Source: a candidate division WOR-3 bacterium (lineage in GTDB: Bacteria; Hydrothermota; Tepidihabitantia; Tepidihabitantales; JAOUPE01). From it: a stretch of DNA of 64,000 nucleotides. Where the stretch lies: contig JBDRUX010000002.1 of assembly GCA_039801565.1 (NCBI GenBank), forward strand, positions 332-64,331, written 5' to 3'. Made by a program: the position numbers and the translations under genes. Numbering within the stretch: the stretch's first letter is position 1; each line of letters starts with the position of its first letter. The notes under the pieces were generated by a model. It was given only the letters and a program-made list of their open reading frames with translations, did no database searches and was not told the DNA's origin. Of the stretch, positions 1-10,304 are shown piece after piece.

Positions 1-260
1 AACTTCAACTGCGTCGAATCCTTAAGGAATTTCTTTTTCTCTTTCAAAATCCGATTTGGATTTGGTGGCTGTTAAAATGTGCAGAAGATTTAAGTGAAAT
101 CGCAATGCGGAACATAGGTTGAGCAAGGCGATGTAAAACACGAAACGCACCCCAGTTTTTTATTTCAATCAACCTTTGCCAAATATGTTTTCCAAACTGT
201 TCAATAAAACTGAAATGCCTAACGATTGACTTTTAAATATCTTTAGTTATCTTAAAACTT

Positions 261-965
261 ATGAACAATTATATTTTTAAACAAAAAACTGAGGAATGGC
301 TCAGAAAAATCGCACCTTATAATAAACATAAAATGAAGCTTAATCCGAAAAAGACTGTCTTGTTGGTAGTTGATATGCAGAATGACTTTATTAATAAAGG
401 TTCAGCAGTTTATACCCCAATGGCTGAAGCAATATTGCCGAACCTTAAAAAGTTAATTGTTCTCTGTCGCCGTTTAAAAATCCCTGTCATCTATACCGCC
501 CATTGTCATCAAGAACCGAAAATGGATGGTGGAATGACTGCTGAGTGGTGGCCAGAGTTAAAAAATAAAAAAGTCTTAGTGGCTGGGACAAAGGGAGCTG
601 AAATTTATCCCGCCATTGCACCTAAATCAAATGAGAAAATTATTTTTAAACACCGCTATAGCGCCTTTTACAACACCGAATTAGAAATTATTTTGCGTGG
701 CTTAGGTGTTACTGATTTAATTATCAGCGGGGTAATGACTAATATCTGTTGTGAATCAACGGCGCGTGACGCCTTTTTCCGAGATTTCCGAGTCTTCTTT
801 TTAGCTGATGGCACGGGTTCAGTGGATGAAGAACTCCATATCGGGTCATTGAGGAATTTGGCTTATGCCTTTGCTTATGTCACCACAGTTAGTGAAATCC
901 TAAAAAGGATTAACCCTTATCGTTTAAGAGTTCAAGATGGTTTAAATCGTTCAAGTCTATCTTAA
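261..965 (+). CDS. Isochorismatase-family cysteine hydrolase (nicotinamidase-like)
   Basis: VLLVVDMQNDF motif near N-terminus and conserved catalytic Cys context (ICCEST); 234 aa. Confidence 0.7.
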   Translation: MNNYIFKQKTEEWLRKIAPYNKHKMKLNPKKTVLLVVDMQNDFINKGSAVYTPMAEAILPNLKKLIVLCRRLKIPVIYTAHCHQEPKMDGGMTAEWWPELKNKKVLVAGTKGAEIYPAIAPKSNEKIIFKHRYSAFYNTELEIILRGLGVTDLIISGVMTNICCESTARDAFFRDFRVFFLADGTGSVDEELHIGSLRNLAYAFAYVTTVSEILKRINPYRLRVQDGLNRSSLS

Positions 966-1766
966 AAGTCGGCCAATTCGCTCCCAGCGAATCTTGGTTG
1001 GCGAAAGGATAATCCGAGCGATATTGGGAGCAGCATCCGAAGAAAAATAAATCACAAGTGGTTTGCCTTTAACATATTTCAAGTCTAATGGACCCCAAAA
1101 TCTTGAGTCTGAAGAGTTATCGCGATTATCACCCATTGCAAAAATACAGCCATCGGGCACGACGACTGGTCCAAAATTATCCCGCACCGCAGCACCAACT
1201 TCTGGATTATCAATGAACTTGGCTTTTTCCCATAACTCTTGATAATTGACATAGGGACTATTAAGTCCCCGGAATACTCTTAAGTCTTTATGGACAGCTG
1301 GGTATTGATTTTGGAGTTGGCCATTGACATAAAGTCTTTTATCCCTTATCTCTACCGTATCACCGGCTATAGCGATACATCTTTTGATAAAACTCCGAGG
1401 TGCATACCAATAGAAAAAATTTTTTTCTTTGTTCCAATACAAAGGCAATAATGGTAGCCAGCGGGGGAAAAAGCGAATATACTTTTCGCTTGGTTCAGGG
1501 AAATCCGGGTCTAAAGGATAACGAAAAACAACAATGTCGCCCCGTTTGGGCTTTTGGAAATTAATTAGCGTCTTATTGGTGAATGGCAGTTTGATACCAT
1601 AAATAAACTTATTAACTAACATAAAATCACCAATAAGAATGGTATCTTCCATCGAACCGGTTGGAACCATAAACGCCTCCACTACAAAGGAACGTAATAG
1701 TAACACTACTATAATTACCGGTCCCCAGGAAGCAATGAAATTTTTAATTGCTTTGCCGAATTTCAT
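957..1766 (-). CDS. lepB: Signal peptidase I
   Basis: N-terminal TM, GSMEDTIL (Ser box), GDNRDNSxDSRFWG C-terminal box typical of SPase I. Confidence 0.85.
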   Translation of the reverse strand: MKFGKAIKNFIASWGPVIIVVLLLRSFVVEAFMVPTGSMEDTILIGDFMLVNKFIYGIKLPFTNKTLINFQKPKRGDIVVFRYPLDPDFPEPSEKYIRFFPRWLPLLPLYWNKEKNFFYWYAPRSFIKRCIAIAGDTVEIRDKRLYVNGQLQNQYPAVHKDLRVFRGLNSPYVNYQELWEKAKFIDNPEVGAAVRDNFGPVVVPDGCIFAMGDNRDNSSDSRFWGPLDLKYVKGKPLVIYFSSDAAPNIARIILSPTKIRWERIGRLLR

Positions 1767-1945
1767 AATAATTTTTGATTATATTGGAATATAAGTAAAA
1801 GTCAATCAGACCGAATCAAACTCAACAAGAAAGTTCTATTTGAACTTTTGAACAATTTTGAACCATCTTTTTTACTAACCGTTAAAAAATGCCGGAATTT
1901 ATTCCTAACAGTTAAGGTTTTGCTATTTCCTTTAGACCTTGCTTA

Positions 1946-2605
1946 TTATATTTTTTCCCAAAGGAAACGCCAAAGTTTTTTGCCCTTGGAAACTAAGCCC
2001 TTTTCCATTATGAAGCTACCATCCTGAATAAAGGGGCGGAACTCTTGGGCATAATAGAGTCGGCGAGCACTGGGATTTTTGTGATACCAGCGCCGTCCCT
2101 GTTTAACAATTCGATGCAAAGTCGCATCATAAGTTCCGGCCTCGGTCTTAAAGCCGTAATCAATTAAAGTTATAAGCATTGCCACATGTCTTGGATAAGC
2201 GACAATTGCTTCGGCTTTATTCTTTTTTGCTAAATTTATGCCAAGTTCACACATAAAAATTGAATAGCGATTACCTCGATATTTGGGACGGACATAGGCC
2301 CGCGTAATCTCCCAGCGTTTCTTTTTTTTATTTGTTCCATCTTCCCAATTAGGGTCTAACCGGACATAGCCAATCCACTCGTCTTGCCCCTTACCTAACC
2401 AGATCTCTAATAATCCTTCTTTTGTCACAACATCAACATAACGACGAAACGAAACAAAATACTCATCAACCTTAAGTTCGGGCTCAGGTGGTTTGAATTT
2501 TGCCTCCGGCAAATTGGCAATATATCTCTGGAGTGCCTCATTGGAATCAGCCGGCACGCGCTCGACAATCTCGTTTATTAGTTGATGTAATATAACTTTG
2601 TGCAT
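1946..2605 (-). CDS. GNAT-family N-acetyltransferase (putative)
   Basis: AYVRPKYRGNRYS resembles GNAT motif A (R/Q-x-x-G-x-G/A); otherwise unrecognised. Confidence 0.4.
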   Translation of the reverse strand: MHKVILHQLINEIVERVPADSNEALQRYIANLPEAKFKPPEPELKVDEYFVSFRRYVDVVTKEGLLEIWLGKGQDEWIGYVRLDPNWEDGTNKKKKRWEITRAYVRPKYRGNRYSIFMCELGINLAKKNKAEAIVAYPRHVAMLITLIDYGFKTEAGTYDATLHRIVKQGRRWYHKNPSARRLYYAQEFRPFIQDGSFIMEKGLVSKGKKLWRFLWEKI

Positions 2606-2624
2606 TATCCTAATTCGCTAATAT

Positions 2625-5225
2625 TCAGCGTTTACTATAACTCAGTGCCTGAGCAATCAGTTGATTCAATTCTTCTTCAGTTTCTACTAACACGCGTCGC
2701 GATTTACTACCAACATAAGGTCCCACGATTCCAGCCTGTTCTAACTGGTCAATGATTCGACCGGCCCTTGCCCAGCCGACATCAAGCCGACGCTGTAACA
2801 TCGAGACCGATGCCTCCTTATGCTGATAGACCAATCTTGCTGCTTCAGCAAAAAATTCATCAATCTCCCTTAACGATTCTTTAGTGGTCAACCGTCTCTT
2901 ATCTGCCTGCTCGATTTCGGGCAAGGGGCGGTGATAATCTAAGGCTAATAGATTATCCGCAACATTCTCAGGCAGCAAAGAGTAGAGTAATTGCCGTTTC
3001 TCTTTAATCGCTGCCTTCTCCTTATCCAGGAGAATCTCTAAAGCCCCTTGCTGGATGATTTCCCGAGCCTTAATTCTACTCGCCGAAATGAAATTGTCAA
3101 GCAATTCCGTAAGGTAGTATTCACTCCAGAGGTCAACGATTCTTTTGGTCTCGGCAGCCGAGATAAATGCACCGTGCAGTCTTATCGGTTCACCTTTGCC
3201 CGGTGGTAGAAATAGCATATCACCGCGGCCTAAGAGTGATTCGGCTCCATTCATATCGAGAATGGTTCGGGAATCGGTCTTCGAGGCAACCTGAAAGGCA
3301 ATCCGACATGGAAAGTTAGCTTTGATTAAACCGGTGATCACATCCACCGAAGGACGCTGGGTGGCTAAAATTAGATGAATGCCAACCGCTCGGGACATCT
3401 GTGCTAAACGGGTAATCTTTTCTTCGATCTCGACCGGTGCCCGTAACATCAAATCGGCCAACTCATCAATTACTACTACGATATAAGGCTTTTTCGGTTT
3501 ACCCTCGTTGGTCATCTTCACATTATAGTCATTAATATCCCGGACCCCAGCCCGGGCAAACTCACCGTACCGCTGTTCCATTATCAAGATTACTTTATCT
3601 AATTCACCGATGGCTGATTTTGGGTCGATTGTAGTTGGACTTAAAAGATGTGGTATTGGGTTATAGATGGGTAATTCTAACTGTTTTGGGTCAATCGTCA
3701 AAAATCGAACATCCTGATAAGATGAACGATAGATGATACTGGTGATGATGCAATTGATACAAACACTTTTGCCCGAACCGGTGGTACCGGCAATTAGAAT
3801 ATGAGGCATCTCCCGTAAATCCGCACAATACGGTTCACCGGTGATTGTTTCACCCAATGCGAAACCTAAAGGTGACTCTTCATTGGCAAAAGCATCCGAA
3901 ATGAGAATCTTCTTTAAACTGACCATTCGGCGTTCTTTATTTGGGATTTCAATACCAACCGCTGATTTTCCCGGGATTGGTGCCAAAATCCGAATTCGCT
4001 CGGCTTGTAAGGAGAGGGCTAAATCATCGGCTAAATTCTCCACGCGTTGCACCTTTATTCCGGGGGCGGGTTGGAATTCAAACCGAGTAATCATCGGACC
4101 GGTTAAGATATTAGAAATCGTCCCCTCCACACCAAATTCCGCCAGTTTTTCTAAGAGTAATTCCGCACCCTGCCGGGCTTCACCAACATTTACTAATGAA
4201 TCCTTTTCCACCGGCGATTCCAATAGCGACAAAAATTGCTGCCGAAATTCATCCTTGGGGAATTTATAAGTTGGTTGCTGGGTCGGCGCCGTTATCACCT
4301 CTAAGTCCGGAGTCGCCGTGCTCGTTGGTTTTGCCGCTTCGGTAACCGGTATCGCTGGTTCTTTAATCCGAATCTGTTTCTTAAATAGACCAGCGACTAA
4401 CTTTACTAATTTTGACTCTTTCAAGCCGATAAACCATTTGCGCAAAGTTGTAAAACTGAGGACAAACCCCAAAAGCAAAAGAACAAGCAAAAGTAGGGTT
4501 CCGGCGCGGCCAATGATATTGACCAAACTGAAGATTATTGCTCTGCCTAATAGCCCACCTAAATAGAATTGACTCCTATTGAGTTGAATTTGTAAATTAG
4601 GTAAGAAATAAGTTAGATAAAGACTGAATAATAATACCCCTCCAATTATTATGCTGGAATAGATGAGATACGGTTTAACTTTTTCGCGGCGAAAACGGTT
4701 CAGCCCCCAAATTCCTAATAAAATTGGCAGGGTAAAAGAAATAATCCCTAAGCCAGTAAAAATTCTTTGGCTGAGCCAATAACCGAAACCACCACCCAAA
4801 TTTTTTGTGCCTGCAAGATAGGAATCAAAGGAAAGAATTAGAAATAAGGCTACTTGCCAATAGATACCGGCTTCAAACCAGAACCAGCGTCGGCGTTTCG
4901 CAAGCCTCTGGACCGACCAAATTACCAAACTAACAATGATTAAGTAAGTCCCCAGACCAAAAATATTTGACAACCAGCTTGCTACTGCTTGTCCAACAAT
5001 TCCACCCCAATTTGTTTCCGGCGACCTCTTGTTCAAGTCGAATGAGAAGACACTGGCAAAAATAAAGATTAAAAGCGCTAAAATTAAAAGGCTAGTCAAC
5101 CAACGCCAACCAGTTTCCGAAAGTTTTTTCCTTTTCGGTTCTTTCGATTTTTTATTTTTCATAGAATGCTTTGGCCCAGGAATAAAAAACTGAAAAAAGC
5201 GATAAAGGGTTGGATTAAAGACCAA
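2625..5225 (-). CDS. ftsK: DNA translocase FtsK/SpoIIIE
   Basis: N-terminal multi-TM region, Walker A IAGTTGSGKS, C-terminal gamma wHTH. The true start is probably the internal Met near 5162 (MKNKKSK…), giving only a 4-nt overlap with the upstream gene. Confidence 0.9.
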   Translation of the reverse strand: MVFNPTLYRFFQFFIPGPKHSMKNKKSKEPKRKKLSETGWRWLTSLLILALLIFIFASVFSFDLNKRSPETNWGGIVGQAVASWLSNIFGLGTYLIIVSLVIWSVQRLAKRRRWFWFEAGIYWQVALFLILSFDSYLAGTKNLGGGFGYWLSQRIFTGLGIISFTLPILLGIWGLNRFRREKVKPYLIYSSIIIGGVLLFSLYLTYFLPNLQIQLNRSQFYLGGLLGRAIIFSLVNIIGRAGTLLLLVLLLLGFVLSFTTLRKWFIGLKESKLVKLVAGLFKKQIRIKEPAIPVTEAAKPTSTATPDLEVITAPTQQPTYKFPKDEFRQQFLSLLESPVEKDSLVNVGEARQGAELLLEKLAEFGVEGTISNILTGPMITRFEFQPAPGIKVQRVENLADDLALSLQAERIRILAPIPGKSAVGIEIPNKERRMVSLKKILISDAFANEESPLGFALGETITGEPYCADLREMPHILIAGTTGSGKSVCINCIITSIIYRSSYQDVRFLTIDPKQLELPIYNPIPHLLSPTTIDPKSAIGELDKVILIMEQRYGEFARAGVRDINDYNVKMTNEGKPKKPYIVVVIDELADLMLRAPVEIEEKITRLAQMSRAVGIHLILATQRPSVDVITGLIKANFPCRIAFQVASKTDSRTILDMNGAESLLGRGDMLFLPPGKGEPIRLHGAFISAAETKRIVDLWSEYYLTELLDNFISASRIKAREIIQQGALEILLDKEKAAIKEKRQLLYSLLPENVADNLLALDYHRPLPEIEQADKRRLTTKESLREIDEFFAEAARLVYQHKEASVSMLQRRLDVGWARAGRIIDQLEQAGIVGPYVGSKSRRVLVETEEELNQLIAQALSYSKR

Positions 5226-5833
5226 AGGATTGGCACACCGGTCACTGACCCCAAAAAGATAATTCCCAATAGAATAAAAAATCCGTAACGCTCGAGTCTC
5301 ATATATTGGTAAGCGAGATTTGCTGGCAGCAGATAATATAAGATTTTGGAACCGTCTAACGGTGGGATCGGAATTAAATTAAATGCGGCAAGGATTAAAC
5401 CATAGAAAAAGAAAGAGAAACTGATGACACTGATAAATTCACCAAGATTGCTTGGCATTATTTTCATAAAAGCTGAAGCCGGCAGACCGTGTAAGGGACG
5501 AGCAAAGAAACGGATGAGAAGACTAAAAACCAAGGCGCAGAGCAAATTGGCGATTGGTCCAGCAATTGAAGCCAGCATCATATCGCGCCGCGGCTTTCGG
5601 AAATTGTAAGGATTTAAAGGCACTGGTTTTGCCCAACCGAAATGGAAAAGAAAAATGGCAATTGTGCCAATCGGGTCTAAGTGCTTTAAAGGATTAAGGG
5701 TCAAGCGACCATTAAGCCGAGCGGTTGGGTCACCCAATTTATCCGCAATGTAGCCGTGGGCAAACTCATGAATCGTCAGATTAAAAAGTATCGCCGGCGC
5801 CCGCAAGAGAAACAAAATTGGATTATCTAACAT
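5159..5833 (-). CDS. Site-2 protease family (peptidase M50) membrane metalloprotease
   Basis: HEFAHGY (HExxH) within a TM segment, multiple TM helices, LDGS-like second motif. Confidence 0.75.
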   Translation of the reverse strand: MLDNPILFLLRAPAILFNLTIHEFAHGYIADKLGDPTARLNGRLTLNPLKHLDPIGTIAIFLFHFGWAKPVPLNPYNFRKPRRDMMLASIAGPIANLLCALVFSLLIRFFARPLHGLPASAFMKIMPSNLGEFISVISFSFFFYGLILAAFNLIPIPPLDGSKILYYLLPANLAYQYMRLERYGFFILLGIIFLGSVTGVPILWSLIQPFIAFFSFLFLGQSIL

Positions 5834-7016
5834 TTCGCCTCACTAACTTTTTTAATAACTCTAATTCATCGGCGCGTGTCTTCACTTTGCCATCCAATCG
5901 CGCCAAAAGGATTTGGTCCAAAAGTTCGCTATAGATGGCGCCCGGTGTTATTCCTAATGCCTTCACATCATTGCCACCGAGTTCGGTCTTCACCATTTGA
6001 TACCTTTCCAAATAATTCTTAATTTTAATCGCAATCTTGGGATTTTCAACCAATTGGGCAATTTTCAAGGCATCATTGGAAAATTGGCGAAGGATTCGAT
6101 AGACCTCACTTGGATAAGTTGCTTTTTCCAATTGCTTGCGGACTTTAGGAAACTCTTGCCAATCCTTTATTGCGGTTGCCATTTCCTTGGTTATTGGGAA
6201 ATTAGCCGGTAGTTTAAATTGGGCTAAGAGGTGAATTAACCTAAGATTAGCATCTTTAACTTTTGCCACTTCTCGTAATTGGTTAAAAAAATTTCCTGTT
6301 AAATTCTTATTGAATAATGCCCTAAAGACTTTTTCTTGATTTAAGCGTTTAATCATCTTTTCCCAATTTTGTTCCTTTGCCATCAAGCGCAATTCGTTTA
6401 AGACCCGTTCACCCGAAAGAAGAGAGATTAATTTCTGATTAACTGCGCTTCTCAGCCATTGTAAGGTCTTTGGTTCAATTTTGAAATTGAACCTTTCGGC
6501 GAACCTGATGGCACGAAAGATGCGGGTCGGGTCGTCAATAAAACTTTTTGGATGCAGGGCACGGATGACCTTGTTTTTTAAATCTTCCCGACCTCGAAAC
6601 GGATCAATCAATTCACCGCTGACTAAATCCTCAGCCATTGCATTGATAGTGAAATCCCTTCGGTATAAATCGGCAATCAAATCCGCAGGAGCGACTTTAG
6701 GTAATTCGGCAGGTTTGGAATAGATTTCCTTCCGAGTCTGAGCGATATCAATATGCGTAATTGAATTACCATTGGTTTTCGCTTGGGGCAAAATGATTGT
6801 GCCGGTATTGAAATTTTGATAAAATTGGAACTTCGCATTAAGATTTGCAGCTAAATCTTTACCAATAATGTGAATCAATTTATCCACGACAATATCTAAG
6901 TCTTTGACCTTTCTTCCTAAAAGTTTATCTCTTAATGGTCCACCGACCAAATAGACTCGGCTATCATGGCTTTGGGCAATTTTTTTAAGATTATCAAGGA
7001 TATTACTAATTACCAT
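5823..7016 (-). CDS. cca: tRNA nucleotidyltransferase (CCA-adding)/poly(A) polymerase family
   Basis: VYLVGGPLRDKLLGRKVKDLDIVV head-domain motif (GG…RD…DxD). Confidence 0.8.
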   Translation of the reverse strand: MVISNILDNLKKIAQSHDSRVYLVGGPLRDKLLGRKVKDLDIVVDKLIHIIGKDLAANLNAKFQFYQNFNTGTIILPQAKTNGNSITHIDIAQTRKEIYSKPAELPKVAPADLIADLYRRDFTINAMAEDLVSGELIDPFRGREDLKNKVIRALHPKSFIDDPTRIFRAIRFAERFNFKIEPKTLQWLRSAVNQKLISLLSGERVLNELRLMAKEQNWEKMIKRLNQEKVFRALFNKNLTGNFFNQLREVAKVKDANLRLIHLLAQFKLPANFPITKEMATAIKDWQEFPKVRKQLEKATYPSEVYRILRQFSNDALKIAQLVENPKIAIKIKNYLERYQMVKTELGGNDVKALGITPGAIYSELLDQILLARLDGKVKTRADELELLKKLVRRNVR

Positions 7017-7117
7017 CGGAATGGGAAATCGGCAATCCTAAGTTCTAATCTCTCATCACCAGATTGAAGGTGTTGTTTCATAACTGTGAACGAAAAGGTA
7101 AAACAAGTAACAGCGGC

Positions 7118-7474
7118 TTAAAAACCGAGCCCTTTAGTCGACTCCTCTTTGCCCATAACCTTGATTTTACCAAACCGGTCTTCAAATTTCTTAATATTTT
7201 CCTCCAAAGCATTCAAGAGCAATCGGGCATGTTGTGGTGTCATAACAATCCGAGAAAAGACTTTAGCTTTAGGTAGACCAGGAAGGATACGAGCAAAATC
7301 AATGATGAATTCTGAGGCCGAATGAGCAATCAAGACAAAATTCGAATAAATGCCCTCAGACTCTTTCTCACCAATTTCAACCTGGATTGGTGGACCCTTT
7401 TGTTCTTCTGGCATATCACTCCTTTTAACCATTTTAAAGCAAATTAGCAAAATGTCAAGGTTCGATTCCTTCAA
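7118..7474 (-). CDS. DUF3467-family small protein
   Basis: YSNFVLIAHSASEFIIDF core resembles DUF3467; start codon uncertain (several in-frame Met); the start lies 10 bp from the IS end. Confidence 0.45.
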   Translation of the reverse strand: MKESNLDILLICFKMVKRSDMPEEQKGPPIQVEIGEKESEGIYSNFVLIAHSASEFIIDFARILPGLPKAKVFSRIVMTPQHARLLLNALEENIKKFEDRFGKIKVMGKEESTKGLGF

Positions 7475-7483
7475 ATGTCATTG

Positions 7484-8829
7484 CAAAGCGAAAATGTCCC
7501 CTTTAATTGCAAAACGAAAATGTCCCCTCCTCCTTTATTTAGTTATTATTATTTATATTATTATTTAAAGAGGACGAATGCAAGAACCATCAAAATCGTA
7601 TGTTAAACTGGGAGATAGAATTGTGATACTGACCGATGTTAAAAAGAGGTACCATCTCACTAAAACAAGCCAGCGAATTACTTAAAATCTCCTACCGCCA
7701 TGCCAAACGATTATACAAAATATTCAAAACCTCTGGTGTAATGGGACTCTTACCGAAAAAACGTACCAAACCACCCTGGAATAAAACTACCACCGAAATT
7801 AAACAGAAAATTATTAGCATTAAACAACAATTCCCCACCATTCCGCCTATGGCGGATTGCCATCTGACTGACTTGCTAAAAGAACAAGGCATAACCATCT
7901 CTCACGAAACTGTCCGCACCATCCTCATTCACAATCAACTCCACACCCCAAACCTTAAACTGAAACGACGCCCCCGAAAACGATTTGAAGCCGAAAAAGC
8001 CGGAAAATTGGTCCAGATGGATACCTCGCCTTATCATTGGTTACCAGCCATTGATAAGGAATTAAAGTTAATCCCTACCTTTGACGACCACTCCAGAAAA
8101 CCACTTGCCGCCCGAATTGCCGAACACGATACCACTTGGGAAAATATGGGTGTCTTAAGAAAAACGGTAGAGAAATATGGTATCTTCGAGACCCTTTATA
8201 CGGATTGTGATGCTAAATTCAAATACTATCGAACTAATTTCTCTTTATACTTCAATTATCAAAAACCACCGGAGGCGGTAGACACGCAAATTAGTCAGGC
8301 ATTAGCGGAATTGGGAATTATTATCCTTAACACCCATCCCCATGCGCCGCATGAAAAAGGAAAAATTAAACGTTTCTTTGGTTTCTTACAAGCCCGTTTA
8401 CCCATTGAATTTCAAAGGCATGGTATTACCACGCTAGCTGCGGCAAATCGGTATTTAGAAAAGTATTTAGACCGCTACAGTAGTCAATGGGTGCATAGTA
8501 CTACGGGGATAATTCCGGATGAGCGATTTAAGAATTCCTGTTTTAAGCCGTTACCGGCGGATTGTGATTTAGATGCGATTTTCTGTTTGCGCGAGACTCG
8601 CAAGGTAAAGAAGGACAATACCTTTAGCTATAAGGGGCAGACATTTCAATTGACCAATTTTAATTATCGGGCTTATTGGGGTGATGTTGAGATTGCGCTT
8701 CGGATTATTCCTGGGAAAGAAATTAGAGTCTATCATCAGGACCGATTAGTTCAAAGATTTCGTTATAATGGTGACCGATGATTGACAACCAAAAGAAAAA
8801 GTTTATCGTAAGGGGACATTTTGGCTTTG
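7484..8829 (+). mobile_element. Insertion sequence (~1.35 kb) with 19-bp imperfect terminal inverted repeats and one rve-type DDE transposase gene
   Basis: Left IR caaagcgaaaatgtcccct (7484-7502) versus the reverse complement of the right IR aggggacattttggctttg (8811-8829), 18/19 match. A second tandem copy of the left IR lies at 7509-7527. Flanks share gtcat/tcat, a possible target-site duplication. Confidence 0.7.
7636..8781 (+). CDS. DDE transposase/integrase (rve superfamily; IS481/ISNCY-like)
   Basis: N-terminal HTH; DDE candidates QMDTS…TDCDAKF…HAPHEKGKIKRFFG (E in a PQTQGKVER-like context). Confidence 0.7.
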   Translation: MLKRGTISLKQASELLKISYRHAKRLYKIFKTSGVMGLLPKKRTKPPWNKTTTEIKQKIISIKQQFPTIPPMADCHLTDLLKEQGITISHETVRTILIHNQLHTPNLKLKRRPRKRFEAEKAGKLVQMDTSPYHWLPAIDKELKLIPTFDDHSRKPLAARIAEHDTTWENMGVLRKTVEKYGIFETLYTDCDAKFKYYRTNFSLYFNYQKPPEAVDTQISQALAELGIIILNTHPHAPHEKGKIKRFFGFLQARLPIEFQRHGITTLAAANRYLEKYLDRYSSQWVHSTTGIIPDERFKNSCFKPLPADCDLDAIFCLRETRKVKKDNTFSYKGQTFQLTNFNYRAYWGDVEIALRIIPGKEIRVYHQDRLVQRFRYNGDR

Positions 8830-8874
8830 TCATAACCAGATTACTGTTTTCTGTTTTTGTAAGATATTGAAAAA

Positions 8875-9465
8875 TTGCCTGACTTTTTCAGAGCTCTCTT
8901 TAACTCTTGGCTAAATAAAATTAGTTATGACTTAACTAAATTCGGGTTGACACTGGATATAAAAAAACAGCCTAAACCACCAGTTCAAACCGCGATGCTT
9001 AAATTCAAAGAAGTTTTATATCAGTTGGGTTTAACTGAACAAAAATCGGCAAAGCTATCAATCACACTGGAGGTAGATGCCAATCCGCCTAAAGGTTTTA
9101 AAATCGAGACCTCTTTAATCACCCGGCATTTTGTCTTTGCGATTACTCATTTTGACATCTCCTCCCTTTATGCCCTTAAACTCCATGCCTGTTTTTTTCG
9201 AAAATATACCAAGGGCAGGGATTTCTACGATTTACTCTGGTATTTAGGCAGAAAAGCGGTTCCCAATTTCAAATTACTCAATAATGCGATTGAACAGACA
9301 GAAAAAAAGAAACTAAATATTAATGCCAATAACTTTCGAGAGTTTTTGCAAGAACATTTAGCAAAGATTGACTTTAATCAAGTGAAGCGAGATATTAGTA
9401 GATTTATTGAAGATAAAAATGAATTGAAATTGCTGGACAAAGCAACAATCCTAAAACTGGTTTGA
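8875..9465 (+). pseudogene. Nucleotidyltransferase AbiEii/DUF1814-family toxin, C-terminal fragment (N-terminal NTase domain missing)
   Basis: KGRDFYDLLWYL matches the conserved DUF1814 (AbiEii) C-terminal motif. The frame is closed by a stop at 8860-8862, so nothing can extend upstream. TTG start; lies 46 bp from the IS right end. Confidence 0.45.
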
Positions 9466-9479
9466 TTAAATGAGTTTAA

Positions 9480-10304
9480 TCATTCTTTTAAGCCGCTACG
9501 GGCATAGGATTCGATAATGTGGCGCTGGGCAAAGAAGAATAAAATGACTAGTGGTAAAATCGTTAGAGTTGATGCTGCCATTAATAAAGTATAATTGGTT
9601 GACTGTTCCCGAGAGAAATAAGCCAAGCCAACCTGTATTGGTCGAATTGAGTCACTGTGCGTGACAATCAAAGGCCAGAAGAATGAATTCCAACTGGCTA
9701 TGATGTTAAATACCACAATCGCAATCAGAGGTGCTTTGGATAAAGGAACGACAATTCGCCATAAAGTACTAAATCTACTACAGCCATCGATCTTTGCCGC
9801 ATCAAATAAATCTTGAGGCAAGGTCTTGAAGTGCTGTCTTAACATAAATATTGAGAAGATATTCACCATCCAAGGAACAATCATCGCCCAATAGGTATCA
9901 ATCCAACCTAAATTGTATAGAATCATATAAGAAGGAACTAAATAAACCGGCAGAGGAATCATCATCAGCGCCAAGAAGACCATAAACAGAACTTCTCTTC
10001 CCCAGAATTCAATCCGAGCAAAGGCATAAGCAGCTAAAACACCGGTGAAAAGAATACCAAATAGGGTGACTGCCGTAATGAAAATAGTATTGAGAAAGTA
10101 ACGGAAAAAGGAAATCTCTTGAAATACCTCGGGATAATTGGCAAAACGCCAAACTTCAGGTAGCCAGGTAGGCGGAAAACGCAATGCCTCTAAGGGTGTT
10201 TTTAATGACGTGAGAACCATCCAGATAAAGGGTAGAATCATAAGAATTCCACCCAAAATTAAGATTAAGTGAACTGGTATTAATTTAAAATTTGGTTTAG
10301 GCAT
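9480..10304 (-). CDS. Carbohydrate ABC transporter permease (MalG-like)
   Basis: EAA-loop region DAAKIDGCSRFSTLWRIVVP, 6 TM segments. Confidence 0.8.
   Translation of the reverse strand: MPKPNFKLIPVHLILILGGILMILPFIWMVLTSLKTPLEALRFPPTWLPEVWRFANYPEVFQEISFFRYFLNTIFITAVTLFGILFTGVLAAYAFARIEFWGREVLFMVFLALMMIPLPVYLVPSYMILYNLGWIDTYWAMIVPWMVNIFSIFMLRQHFKTLPQDLFDAAKIDGCSRFSTLWRIVVPLSKAPLIAIVVFNIIASWNSFFWPLIVTHSDSIRPIQVGLAYFSREQSTNYTLLMAASTLTILPLVILFFFAQRHIIESYARSGLKE

Noticed and set aside
3841-4566. ORFs 3841..4269(+) and 4318..4566(+), antisense inside ftsK
   Set aside because: They are fully embedded in the opposite strand of a strongly supported ftsK gene, with no RBS and low-complexity translations. 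Typical shadow ORFs.
5424-6723. ORFs 5424..5609, 5997..6212 and 6481..6723 (+), antisense to the site-2 protease and cca genes
   Set aside because: Shadow ORFs within well-supported minus-strand genes.
7064-7568. ORFs 7064..7276(+) and 7350..7568(+) around the DUF3467 gene and IS end
   Set aside because: They overlap the better-supported minus-strand DUF3467 gene and the IS terminal repeat, and carry no signals. Likely spurious.
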